53,213 bases of DNA from positions 1 through 53,213 of the IMG/VR virus record IMGVR_UViG_3300012942_000008, one strand, 5' to 3'. This DNA is from a virus (lineage: Duplodnaviria > Caudoviricetes). Positions 35,866 through 45,013 of the stretch are shown here, piece by piece. The translations under genes and the position numbers were made by a program. The first letter of the stretch is position 1, and each line of letters begins with the position of its first letter. The notes under the pieces were generated by a model that saw only the letters and a list, made by a program, of their open reading frames with translations, made no database searches and was not told where the DNA came from.

Positions 35866-36374
35866 ATACGAAACTCGAGAAAGTGGCCCGGATGGGCGGC
35901 AAGACCACCTACAAGGATTTCCGAGAGGGGTTTGCGGCGTGCTCGTTGATGGGTGATTCGGACGCCGACATCAAGGCTGCGCTGGGTATTGCTCAACGTC
36001 ACGTGGGCGCGATGGCGGTGCAGGCGCTCGAGACTCGCTATGCGTCGATGCTGCATCACGAGCGTGGTTTACGACGGGCGTGGGATCGACAGCTACGCGA
36101 TGCGAAGAGTGGGAAGCGGAGCTCGCACGATGCCGCCGTACAGCGGATGTCGGCCGCCTTGGCGATTCGACGCTTCGCGGGCGCGCGGATGATCCAGCAC
36201 GAGGTGGCCGAATATGCCTGGATGAGCTGCGCGCGCAGGGAGGTCATCGAGCAGTACATGCGGGACTGCGGTGCGTGGCTGGACAGCTTGTGCGGAGAGG
36301 CGGAGCGGGCATTTTTGGAGGCGCTGGGCGGTATTCGACCTCGGCGACTTGACGGGACTAGGAAAATGGCCTAA
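35862..36374 (+). CDS. Putative Q-like late antiterminator/regulator
   Basis: Last delayed-early gene before a non-coding gap and the lysis genes. Confidence 0.5.
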   Translation: MNTKLEKVARMGGKTTYKDFREGFAACSLMGDSDADIKAALGIAQRHVGAMAVQALETRYASMLHHERGLRRAWDRQLRDAKSGKRSSHDAAVQRMSAALAIRRFAGARMIQHEVAEYAWMSCARREVIEQYMRDCGAWLDSLCGEAERAFLEALGGIRPRRLDGTRKMA

Positions 36375-36385
36375 AAATCTACTAT
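36349..36385 (+). promoter_or_regulatory. Possible late promoter
   Basis: TTGACG-17-TAAAAA(T), with TACTAT nearby; AT-rich island at the end of the Q-like gene. Confidence 0.4.
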
Positions 36386-36494
36386 CCAGAGTTGCAACCA
36401 ACGGCCGCCACGCGCGGCCGTTGTCGTGTCTGGCCGCCGTGCGCGGCACCTTTCCCCGTCCTGAATCGCTGGCGCAAGCCGGCAAGGATGAGTC

Positions 36495-36701
36495 ATGTCC
36501 CGACTCACGGCAGCTGATCGCCGAAGCCTGAAACCGAGCCAATTTGCTGGCCCTCACGAAACGTACCCGATCCCTGACCGAGGCCATGCCATCGATGCGG
36601 AGGCGCGTGCGTCCGAAATGCACCACAAGGGCTTGATGGGGGCGGCAGCGGAAGCGCGCATCGATGCGGCAGCCAATCGCAAACTGAGGGGCGCAAAGTG
36701 A
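36495..36701 (+). CDS. Small conserved phage protein
   Basis: AAGGA RBS; L.PSQFA.P...YPIPD..HA..A.AR. Confidence 0.6.
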   Translation: MSRLTAADRRSLKPSQFAGPHETYPIPDRGHAIDAEARASEMHHKGLMGAAAEARIDAAANRKLRGAK

Positions 36702-37219
36702 TGCTGTTGCTACCCATCTCGCCATCCGATGCGCTGGCGTCGGTCATCGATCCGGCGCTGTCACAGCTTCCGGCGTCAATGACGAGTGATCCAGCGCGCG
36801 TGCTGATGTTGGCCATCGCGCTGCAGGAATCCAGCCTGGCAGCACGCGTGCAGGATGGCGGGCCGGCGCGCGGCCTGTGGCAGTTCGAACAGGGGGGCGG
36901 TGTCCACGGTGTGATGACTCATCCGGCGACATGCGCTTACGCGCGGAAGCTGTGCGCGGGTCATGCCTGCCCGGCTACCGAGCGTGCAGCTTACCTGGCG
37001 CTGGCCGGCGACGATGTGCTGGCGGCCGGGTTTGCCAGGTTGCTCCTTTTCGCGGATCCGTCGCCGCTTCCGGCAGTCGGTGACGAAGATGGCGCGTGGC
37101 GCTACTACGTCACGAACTGGCGTCCTGGCCACCCGCGACCTTTGCACTGGATCGGTAACTACCGGCTGGCCAAGCTGGCCGTCTACCCCGTGGCCGTCGC
37201 ATCGGATGTCCAGGCGTGA
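36698..37219 (+). CDS. Putative endolysin (lysozyme-like fold)
   Basis: LAIALQES...GPARGLWQFE; precedes the holin and spanin genes. Confidence 0.7.
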   Translation: MMLLLPISPSDALASVIDPALSQLPASMTSDPARVLMLAIALQESSLAARVQDGGPARGLWQFEQGGGVHGVMTHPATCAYARKLCAGHACPATERAAYLALAGDDVLAAGFARLLLFADPSPLPAVGDEDGAWRYYVTNWRPGHPRPLHWIGNYRLAKLAVYPVAVASDVQA

Positions 37220-37431
37220 CAACGGAGGATGGCGCCATGGTCGAACGCTCGATTGGCAGGCTGGAAGGTCGGATGGACAACGTGGAGGAAAGGCTGCGCA
37301 GCTTGGAGAAGAAGGTCGACGCGCTGCTGCAGGCGGTCAATTCAGCGCGTGGCGGCTGGAAGCTGTTGCTGTCCATCGGCTCGGTATCGGCCGGTATTGG
37401 CGCGCTGCTTTCGCACCTGATCGGACGATGA
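37216..37431 (+). CDS. Holin/antiholin-like (coiled coil plus C-terminal TM)
   Basis: Lysis cassette position and topology. Confidence 0.5.
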   Translation: MTTEDGAMVERSIGRLEGRMDNVEERLRSLEKKVDALLQAVNSARGGWKLLLSIGSVSAGIGALLSHLIGR

Positions 37432-37694
37432 CCATGAAACTGACTGCAGACACGAACCCGTGGCACCGGCTTTGGTCGGCGCGCCTGATGATTCTCACCA
37501 CCGCATACAGCACGGCGGCCGGCGCCTGGGCGGTGTTGCCGCCCGACTGGAAACCTGATCTGAGCGAAACCGCCAAGGCCGCCCTGGCCGGCATCGGCGT
37601 GTTGCTCCCGACGATCGCTGCAGTTTCGCACCGCTCCGAGCAGATGAAGCTGCGCGCCAGCATGCCGGACGACACCGACCAGGCGGGCGCGTGA
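37428..37694 (+). CDS. Putative holin
   Basis: WHRLWSARL...two TM segments separated by LPPDWK. Confidence 0.6.
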   Translation: MTMKLTADTNPWHRLWSARLMILTTAYSTAAGAWAVLPPDWKPDLSETAKAALAGIGVLLPTIAAVSHRSEQMKLRASMPDDTDQAGA

Positions 37695-38014
37695 TGACCT
37701 GGCTGATTGACCTCTGGTCGAAGATCAAGATGTGGGCGCTGGCGCTTGTTGCCGTCGTGGCGGCCGTGGCGTCGGCATGGTTCCTGGGGCGCAGCAAAGG
37801 GAAATCCACGCAGAAAGCGACCGACAGCGCAGCCCAGGCGCAGGCAGCGGTGATCGCCGCCCAGCAGATAGCCCACACCGTGGAGGTGTCCAGTGCGACC
37901 CGTGAACAAGTGCAACAGCTCCCCGCGGCACCCGCTCAACCGGTGGCTACTGCTGATCCTTCTACTGCCGCTGGCCAGCTGCAAAACAACTGGCACGACC
38001 CCGACGCCCCCTGA
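37691..38014 (+). CDS. i-spanin (Rz-like)
   Basis: N-terminal TM, then Ala/Gln-rich helix. Confidence 0.7.
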   Translation: MMTWLIDLWSKIKMWALALVAVVAAVASAWFLGRSKGKSTQKATDSAAQAQAAVIAAQQIAHTVEVSSATREQVQQLPAAPAQPVATADPSTAAGQLQNNWHDPDAP

Positions 38015-38165
38015 TCCATGCACCGGATGGAAACCGATCTACGTACACAACGGGGATGTGCTGACGGATGCCACGGCGAAGGAAATGCTGGCGCACAACC
38101 TGACGGGCGTGGCGCTCGGGTGCTGGCAAGCGCCCACGCCACGCAAGAGCACGACGGCCAAGTGA
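37893..38165 (+). CDS. o-spanin (Rz1-like lipoprotein)
   Basis: Overlaps the i-spanin in +1 frame; lipobox LLLPLASC. Confidence 0.7.
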   Translation: MRPVNKCNSSPRHPLNRWLLLILLLPLASCKTTGTTPTPPDPCTGWKPIYVHNGDVLTDATAKEMLAHNLTGVALGCWQAPTPRKSTTAK

Positions 38166-38404
38166 TTCCCGGGGTTCGCCGGCTCGGCCCCGCGCTGGAC
38201 ATCCTGCGTCGTCGGCAGCCAAAGGATTGGCCGGAAGCCATTGCGGCTATCCAGGATTCCGACGAACGCCTCTGGGCCGATCATTGGCTGCGCCAACAAG
38301 CGCAGATCCTCCGCTTCCGGCGCGCCATGACGGCGAAGCCGGCAGCAGGCCGCGAAGAACGAGACCGACACAGCAAGGCACAGCGCGAACAGCGCCGCCG
38401 CTGA
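38162..38404 (+). CDS. Hypothetical protein
   Basis: GTGA coupling. Confidence 0.4.
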   Translation: MIPGVRRLGPALDILRRRQPKDWPEAIAAIQDSDERLWADHWLRQQAQILRFRRAMTAKPAAGREERDRHSKAQREQRRR

Positions 38405-38466
38405 AACCGAACCGTACTTCACCGAATCGCTTCGCGAGTCGGCTGGGCGGATCGTGGGAGAGCGAC

Positions 38467-38823
38467 ATGGCAACCAACCGCAAAGAACGGGCCGGTGTGG
38501 TCCAAGGCAATCGCGGCAAGGGCCGCAAAAAGGGCACGCCGAACAAGCTGACGCGCGACGTGAAGGAAATGATCCTCGGCGCGCTCGACAAGGCGGGCGG
38601 CGTCGACTACTTGGTGAGGCAGGCCAGCGCGTCGCCCGCGGCATTCCTGACGCTGGTGGGCAAAGTGCTCCCGCTGCAGGTGACCGGGAAGGATGGCGGC
38701 CCGATCCAGACCCAGCAACTTGCCCCAGCTCAGATGACACCAGAACAGCGGCGCGAGGAAATCCAGCGCTTGCTGCAGCAGAACCCCGACTTACTCAACG
38801 CAACCGGCGCGGACGCGTCGTAG
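38467..38823 (+). CDS. terS: Terminase small subunit
   Basis: GRKKGTPNKLT..VKEMI..AL...GG..YL...P.AF..L.GKVLP, TGKDGGPI. Confidence 0.75.
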   Translation: MATNRKERAGVVQGNRGKGRKKGTPNKLTRDVKEMILGALDKAGGVDYLVRQASASPAAFLTLVGKVLPLQVTGKDGGPIQTQQLAPAQMTPEQRREEIQRLLQQNPDLLNATGADAS

Positions 38824-38832
38824 GAGAACCGC

Positions 38833-39165
38833 ATGGCTATCACCCGCGAGAGCATCGCGCAGCACCTGACCGGCCTGGAATCGCGGCTGCAGCGTGGCTT
38901 GCATCACCTGTTCGCCGAACTGCTGGCCAAGGTCGATCGCCTGGAAGCGGAGATCGAGGGCCTGAAGCAGTCGGCCGCGCCGACGGCAGAACCGCTTCCG
39001 CCCCCGTTGCCCACGTCACCGGTGACAGCGAACGATGCAGTTGTGCCGGCGCCTCCGGCCAGCAATCCAGTCCCCGTGGCGTCGCCGGTGGTGGAAGCGC
39101 CCAGTGATTCGCCGGCCGGGGAGCCCGAGACCGCCGCGCCGGTGGATGAAACCTCGACCGGCTGA
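38833..39165 (+). CDS. Hypothetical coiled-coil/Pro-rich protein
   Basis: AGGAG RBS. Confidence 0.55.
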   Translation: MAITRESIAQHLTGLESRLQRGLHHLFAELLAKVDRLEAEIEGLKQSAAPTAEPLPPPLPTSPVTANDAVVPAPPASNPVPVASPVVEAPSDSPAGEPETAAPVDETSTG

Positions 39166-39173
39166 CCGCGACC

Positions 39174-40784
39174 ATGCCGTCTTCGCTCAACAACTTCGTC
39201 CGCTCGGTGCTGCAGGCCGACTGCGGCCCGACCGACGACACGCTGATGATCCAGAAGGCGGCTGCGCCGCTGCAGGATCCGCCAGGGGCAACGGAGGATG
39301 CCCCCGGTGTGCTGGCGCTGATCGACCAGCCGTCGACGCCGACGAAGGTCGAGATCGTCGCGTACACGGGCCAGTCGGTGGCCGGCGACATCGTGACGCT
39401 GACTGGGGTCAGCCGTGGCCAGGAAGGCACGACGGCGCAGTCGTGGACGGCCGGCACGCCCACGTATCAGCCGATCACGGCCGGCGTGATCCAGGCGCTG
39501 CAGACGGACGTCGCCGGCAAGCTGGCGTCCGACGGCACCGCGGTGGCGGCCGATAAGTGGGCTGCGGCCATCACGCTGACCCTGGCCGGCAAAGCCACCG
39601 GCTCGGTGCAGATCGACGGCAGCGGCAACGTCACTCTGAATGTGACAGACATCAACGCCGACTTCCTGTCGACATGGGATGCGCAAGGAAGCCGCCTACT
39701 CAACCTCGGCAGTGCACAGCTCGACTCCGATGGCGCGCAGTGGGGCCAAGTGCAACTGGCCATCGAGCAAGCGCTGTCAGGGAGTGGCAATCCGACGACG
39801 GTCGCTGTCGCGCCCAAGCTGTACTCGTGGGATGCCAACGGCACCGACACCGATTTCCCGCTGGATGACTCGGACGTCACGGACGCGCTGTTCTACGACG
39901 TGGCCGTGGGCGATGCCGGCGAACTGCGCGAGCCCTACACGGATTACACCGTCGTTGGCGATCCCGGCGACTTGGCGCTGCGCTTTGCTGCCGCGCCGGC
40001 CGCCGGCCGCGTGTGGGCTGTGCTGCGCGGTTACGCGCGGCCCTATGCTGGCGCACAGCCGCTGACCACGGTCGCCTTCCGCGTCGTCAGCCTCACGGGC
40101 GCGGCAACGATCGATGGCAGCTACCAGAACACGCTGATTCTGGTCACGGCCAGCGAAGACGTGACGCTGACGATCCCGGCCAACGCCGGCACCGTCGATG
40201 ACTGGAAGGCGGGCGAGTTCTTCTCGGTCATGCAGGTCGGCTCCGGCAAGGTCACGATCGCCGTGGCCGATGGTGGCAGCCTGGTGCCGCTACCTGGATT
40301 CAGCGTCCAGACCCGCGACCAGGACAGCATCATCAGTGCCAGCTGCCTCTACGCCGACGCGAACCAGTGGGCGATTACCGGCGACCTGCTGCGCACCGTA
40401 GCATCGCCGAGCGTGGAGGCCTTCACGCTGCCCTGCAGCGATGAGACTGCCACGGATATCGCGGTGGCGGCGAACGTCTACCAGTTCCGCATGCCCTACG
40501 CGCTGCTTCTGACCGAAGCGCGGGCGACGCTGAACGTGGCGCAGACCACCGGCGACTTGGTATCGGTGGACGTGAAGGTGAACGGCACCTCCATCTTCAG
40601 CACGCAGCCCAGCATCGACAATGGCGAGCTGACCAGCACTACGGCCGATACACCGCCGGTGCTGGCGAATCCGGACAGCACTGTGCTGGCCGACGGCGAC
40701 CTTTTGTCGGTGGACGTGACGCAGGTCGGCACGGCCGGCGCCCGCGGCCTGAAGGTGCAGCTGATCGGCCAGCGTGCGTCGTGA
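39174..40784 (+). CDS. Tail fibre/virion structural protein
   Basis: VSRGQEGTTAQSW, LAGKATGSVQIDGS fibre motifs; beta-rich. Confidence 0.65.
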   Translation: MPSSLNNFVRSVLQADCGPTDDTLMIQKAAAPLQDPPGATEDAPGVLALIDQPSTPTKVEIVAYTGQSVAGDIVTLTGVSRGQEGTTAQSWTAGTPTYQPITAGVIQALQTDVAGKLASDGTAVAADKWAAAITLTLAGKATGSVQIDGSGNVTLNVTDINADFLSTWDAQGSRLLNLGSAQLDSDGAQWGQVQLAIEQALSGSGNPTTVAVAPKLYSWDANGTDTDFPLDDSDVTDALFYDVAVGDAGELREPYTDYTVVGDPGDLALRFAAAPAAGRVWAVLRGYARPYAGAQPLTTVAFRVVSLTGAATIDGSYQNTLILVTASEDVTLTIPANAGTVDDWKAGEFFSVMQVGSGKVTIAVADGGSLVPLPGFSVQTRDQDSIISASCLYADANQWAITGDLLRTVASPSVEAFTLPCSDETATDIAVAANVYQFRMPYALLLTEARATLNVAQTTGDLVSVDVKVNGTSIFSTQPSIDNGELTSTTADTPPVLANPDSTVLADGDLLSVDVTQVGTAGARGLKVQLIGQRAS

Positions 40785-42037
40785 GTGCCAGCCACCGCCT
40801 GTACGATCGCCCATGGCTCGACCAAGGGGGCATGCCAGCGCTGTACGTGACAGGCGCGTTGTCGGCGGCGGCGGTGGAAGCTGCATTCAGCGGCCGGCTG
40901 CAGATCCACAATGCGCAGGGTGCGTGCTGGGCTGAGTTGATCGACGGCGAGTTGCCGAAGGGCTACTCGATCACGGTCGACAACGACACGTCCGAGGTGG
41001 TGGTGGCGTGGCCGGCGTACTCGTCGGGCGAAGTGACGCTGACGAACGGCGACTTCGAATCGGGTGCGAAGGGCTGGAATCTCGGTCCCGGCTGGTCTCT
41101 GACGGATCAGGCCAGCGCCTACAGCGGTCAATGGTGTGCGCAGTGGTCAGGATCAGGTAACAGCCAGATCCTGAGCGATTGGGTGCCGATTGTCGGTGGC
41201 ACCACGACGTCACTGTCGGTAGAGGTGCAACAGGGTGCGTCCAGCTCCGGGAACGTCGGCGCGCAATGCGTGATCGAGTTTCGCGATGCCGACAAACAGC
41301 CCATTGAGGGCGGCGTTGTCACCGGCAACATGGTGGCCTCTGGCTCGGGTGGTGATTGGCATCCGTCCACGTTGACGAACGTTCCGGTGCCTTCCGCTGC
41401 GGCCTGTGCGCGTGCAGGCGGCAGTGCGTACCGGAAACGCGAGACCAAGCCGGCATGGCTCGATGCCGTGCAGTGGACGTGGAACGTCGGCGAGCAGGGT
41501 GCAAATGCGCCCACGGCCTCGACCATCACGATCCGCGTACACGACGCTGCGGGCCGGTATGCCGACTGGACCGGACTTGTTCAGATTGGCTACCTGATTC
41601 TGACTTCCTGGCTCTACCCCATCAATGTGGTCGACGACGCGGACTCTCCGCTGGCAACGGGTGGCAGCGTCAATAATCTATACGGGCTGCTCGGCCACGA
41701 CGACGCGGACTCTCCGCTGGCAACGGGTGGTTCGGTAATCGCGCTGAGCCTCACTGCCACCGTGATCTACGGTAATCACGACCAACCGCAAGATGACGCT
41801 GACTCCGTGTTCGCAACAGGTGGCAGTGTGCAGGCATTGGCGCTGACGGAAACCGTCAGCTACGGCACGTACAGCCATGCGCCGGAAGACGCCGATTCGC
41901 CTATTGCCACCGGCGGTTCGGTGATCGCACTGAGCCTCGTGGTCACCACGAGTTACCAAACCTACGCCCATGCCCAGGATGATGCCGACTCTCCCTTGGG
42001 CGCAGGCGGCAGCGTCATCAACCTATCCCTGACATAA
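40781..42037 (+). CDS. Tail-associated protein with carbohydrate-binding-like domain and C-terminal repeats
   Basis: LTNGDFESG..GW CBM-like start; five DDADSPLATGGSV repeats. Confidence 0.6.
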   Translation: MSASHRLYDRPWLDQGGMPALYVTGALSAAAVEAAFSGRLQIHNAQGACWAELIDGELPKGYSITVDNDTSEVVVAWPAYSSGEVTLTNGDFESGAKGWNLGPGWSLTDQASAYSGQWCAQWSGSGNSQILSDWVPIVGGTTTSLSVEVQQGASSSGNVGAQCVIEFRDADKQPIEGGVVTGNMVASGSGGDWHPSTLTNVPVPSAAACARAGGSAYRKRETKPAWLDAVQWTWNVGEQGANAPTASTITIRVHDAAGRYADWTGLVQIGYLILTSWLYPINVVDDADSPLATGGSVNNLYGLLGHDDADSPLATGGSVIALSLTATVIYGNHDQPQDDADSVFATGGSVQALALTETVSYGTYSHAPEDADSPIATGGSVIALSLVVTTSYQTYAHAQDDADSPLGAGGSVINLSLT

Positions 42038-42047
42038 CGGAGCCCCT

Positions 42048-43001
42048 ATGGCCTCCCCCAAAATCACCGCCTCAGTCAATTGCCAAGTGCAGGGCTATTT
42101 CCGGATGACCGCCGTGCAAGGTGATGGCGACGGCAACCCGATTCCCGGCACCGAGCGCGAGCTGTGCGACTGGACGCCAAATCTCCTGACCGACAACGGC
42201 CTGGAGATGTTGAAGAGCACTGGCTTCCTCGCAACCATCGCCGTGGGCTCCGGATCGACAGCACCCGACAAGACGGATACTGCGCTGAACACACTGGTGG
42301 CGAGTGCGTCGACGAGTATTGCGGATGGACCGAATGATCTCACGGTTGCCGACTATCCGTGGACCAGCGTCACGGCTACAGCCACCTTCGCCAAGGGCGC
42401 CGCTGCGGGTAATTTGTCCGAAATGGGAGTGGGAAAAACCGCCACGAATCTGCTGGCGCGAGCCCTTATTAAGGACAGTGGCGGCAACCCAACGACGATC
42501 ACAGTGTTGCCTATAGAGATCCTGACGGTCACCTACCAGTGGCGCGTCTACTTCGATTTCACGAGTTCGCACAACGATAGTTTCACCATCAACGGCGTCA
42601 CGTATACCACTACGACGATGATGGGGTACATCGGAACCTCGTCGGCGCAATACTGGAATTCGTCTGGTCTCACCAACTATGCGGGATTTGGCGTTTACAC
42701 AGGCGATCTCGGCGCGCCCGGTAGCAGTCCAGCGAACAAAGCGAACAAATACGGGACTACCACCAAAAATTTTTCATTTGGTGATGTCGGTGACAGTTTT
42801 GTCGATTGCGCGATTACCGCGGATGCAAGCGGTAATTCCGTGGATATCTCTGCCGTCGAAGTCAACTTTACCGCTGACTTTTCATACAACAACACGTGGC
42901 AGATCTCGGTCAAATCCGGGATCTCTCCGCCGTTGCCCAAGGACGATACCAACGAGTTTTCCATCACGATACGGTTTGACTGGGCGCGCAAGGTATCCTG
43001 A
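42048..43001 (+). CDS. Tail-associated structural protein
   Basis: NLLTDNGL, VGSGSTAP..TDTAL, GAAAGNLSE.G, RALIKD..GNPTTITV; lower-GC 3' half. Confidence 0.6.
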   Translation: MASPKITASVNCQVQGYFRMTAVQGDGDGNPIPGTERELCDWTPNLLTDNGLEMLKSTGFLATIAVGSGSTAPDKTDTALNTLVASASTSIADGPNDLTVADYPWTSVTATATFAKGAAAGNLSEMGVGKTATNLLARALIKDSGGNPTTITVLPIEILTVTYQWRVYFDFTSSHNDSFTINGVTYTTTTMMGYIGTSSAQYWNSSGLTNYAGFGVYTGDLGAPGSSPANKANKYGTTTKNFSFGDVGDSFVDCAITADASGNSVDISAVEVNFTADFSYNNTWQISVKSGISPPLPKDDTNEFSITIRFDWARKVS

Positions 43002-43582
43002 TGCTTCCCGGCGACGGCGCCCTCAGCACCCCCAGCTTGCCGACCGCGTTTCGGTGGCCGATGCGCAGCGCCACCGACCTGCTCACGGATTACGAGCAAG
43101 GGGGCGAAGAACTGAATGATGCGAATGGCGATCTCAGTGTGCAGACGTGGACGCTGACCTATGCTGCGCCGGACGTGATCGTCACTGATGCGGCCGGTCA
43201 TGCGACCACGCTGTTCAGTCGCGATGGCATCACCGAGCTGGCCTTGGCCTTCAACCAGAACATGGCCCCATTTGTAGCTTTCGTGCAGGATGGACAGGCG
43301 CGGTTTTGGTGGTTCGACATCACTGCCGGTGCGAACGTCTTCACTGACCTTCCCCTCGACGCCACCCATCCACGTGCGTGCCTCGACGATCACCGTGCGC
43401 TGGAGACCGCCACGAGCGACATTATTCTTGCCTACCAGCGCGAGGGCGCCCTCTACTACCGCCAACAGAGAGACCGCTTCGCCACCGAATATCTGCTCAC
43501 GGCCGACGCTGGCGGTGAGCTGGTGAGCGTGGGCATGAGCACCGGCCTTCGGTTGCAGTTCGCCATCTATCCGGCGAGCTGA
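43001..43582 (+). CDS. Tail-associated structural protein
   Basis: TGATG coupling; DYEQGG..LND, LYYRQQRDRF. Confidence 0.55.
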   Translation: MLPGDGALSTPSLPTAFRWPMRSATDLLTDYEQGGEELNDANGDLSVQTWTLTYAAPDVIVTDAAGHATTLFSRDGITELALAFNQNMAPFVAFVQDGQARFWWFDITAGANVFTDLPLDATHPRACLDDHRALETATSDIILAYQREGALYYRQQRDRFATEYLLTADAGGELVSVGMSTGLRLQFAIYPAS

Positions 43583-43594
43583 CGCCGACCAGCG

Positions 43595-45013
43595 ATGGAG
43601 GATGCAGACCGCCTGCTTGCGCTGCTGCAGGCAGAGCACAAGTACAACCAGCTTGCGTACATGTTCCCGGACACGGGACCGCACCGACGCGAGTTGTATG
43701 CGAAGCACATGGCGTTCATCACCGCGGGCGCGACGAATCGCGAACGCTGCTTCATGGGTGGCAACGGTGTCGGCAAGTCGGTGCTGGGCGCCTATGAAAC
43801 CTCGCTGCATGCCACGGGTCGGTATCCGGACTGGTGGACAGGCCTGCGATATCCCGGCGCCATTCCGATGTGGGTGGGCGGCGACACCGGCGAGACGGTC
43901 CGCGACATCACCCAGGTCAAGTTGTTCGGCAACGTCAGCAAGGACGCGGAGCTGCTTGGCACCGGCCTGATCCCGCGAGACGCGATCGACGCCGAGAGTA
44001 TCCGCTACAGGCCGAACACGAACCGCTGCATCGACTTCGCGCGGGTGAAGAACAAGGACGGTAGCTGGTCGATCGTCTCGATGAAGTCCTACGAGCAGGG
44101 CCGCAAGGCTTGGCAGGGCACCGAGATCCCATGGATCTGGCTGGACGAAGAGCCGCCGAACGACATCTACGGCGAATGCATCATGCGCGGCCGCACCGTG
44201 GATGGGCATATCGCGCTGACGTTCACGCCGTTGTCGGGCTGGACCGACGTGGTCGACGGCTACATGAAGTGGGAGCAGGCGCGGCAAGAGGGCGCCAGCA
44301 AGATCATGGTCACGTGCGGCTGGGATGACGTCCCGCACCTGACCGAGAAAGAGAAGTGCGAACTGCTGGCTTCGACGCCAGGCTACCTGCGCAACGCCCG
44401 CAAACACGGCACGCCCGTCGCGGGCGCCGGCAAGGTCTACACCGTGGAAGAGGCCGACTTCGTCATTCCGCCGATCCAGTTGCCAAGCCATTACCGGCGT
44501 GTCTTCGGGTTCGATGGCGGTTGGTACAACACCGCTTCCGTGTGGCTGGCCCACGACAAGGATGCAGACGTCGCGTACCTCTACAGCGAGTACAAGCGCG
44601 GCGAGGTGGAGATTCCGATCCATGCCGCGGCGATCAAGGCACGCGGGCTGTGGATTCCGGGTGTTGGCGATGCGGCAGCCGTCAACCAGGGCGATGGCCA
44701 GAAGATCCTGAACCTGTACCGCAAGCAGGGCGTCCGGCTGCGCCTGGCGGACAAGTCAGTCGATGCCGGTATTCAGGAGGTGTTGGCGCGCTTGGCCACG
44801 GGGCGCCTCAAGGTGTTCTCCACCTGCCAGAAATGGCTGGAGGAATACCGCCGCTACAGCTACGACGACGCGGGGCGCATCCGAAAACAGAACGACCACC
44901 TGATGGACGCTACCCGCTATGCACTGGTGAGCGGCCTGAAGATCGCGACGACGCAACGCACGGCTCCCCAGGAGTCGCACGAGGAAATGACCTTTGGCAT
45001 CTACCACCGGTAA
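43595..45013 (+). CDS. terL: Terminase large subunit
   Basis: GGNGVGKS Walker A, KSYEQG, WLDEEP Walker B, TFTP, NDHLMDATRY. Confidence 0.93.
   Translation: MEDADRLLALLQAEHKYNQLAYMFPDTGPHRRELYAKHMAFITAGATNRERCFMGGNGVGKSVLGAYETSLHATGRYPDWWTGLRYPGAIPMWVGGDTGETVRDITQVKLFGNVSKDAELLGTGLIPRDAIDAESIRYRPNTNRCIDFARVKNKDGSWSIVSMKSYEQGRKAWQGTEIPWIWLDEEPPNDIYGECIMRGRTVDGHIALTFTPLSGWTDVVDGYMKWEQARQEGASKIMVTCGWDDVPHLTEKEKCELLASTPGYLRNARKHGTPVAGAGKVYTVEEADFVIPPIQLPSHYRRVFGFDGGWYNTASVWLAHDKDADVAYLYSEYKRGEVEIPIHAAAIKARGLWIPGVGDAAAVNQGDGQKILNLYRKQGVRLRLADKSVDAGIQEVLARLATGRLKVFSTCQKWLEEYRRYSYDDAGRIRKQNDHLMDATRYALVSGLKIATTQRTAPQESHEEMTFGIYHR

Noticed and set aside
39174-43582. Additional DGR VR in tail fibre genes
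   Set aside because: By eye there is no match to the TR or the post-VR element; the tail repeats differ at non-adenine, mostly synonymous sites.
42695-44623. Long antisense ORFs (e.g. 642 aa here, 51742-53199, 48759-50120, 47387-48607)
   Set aside because: Shadow frames of high-GC genes with clear motifs on the opposite strand.
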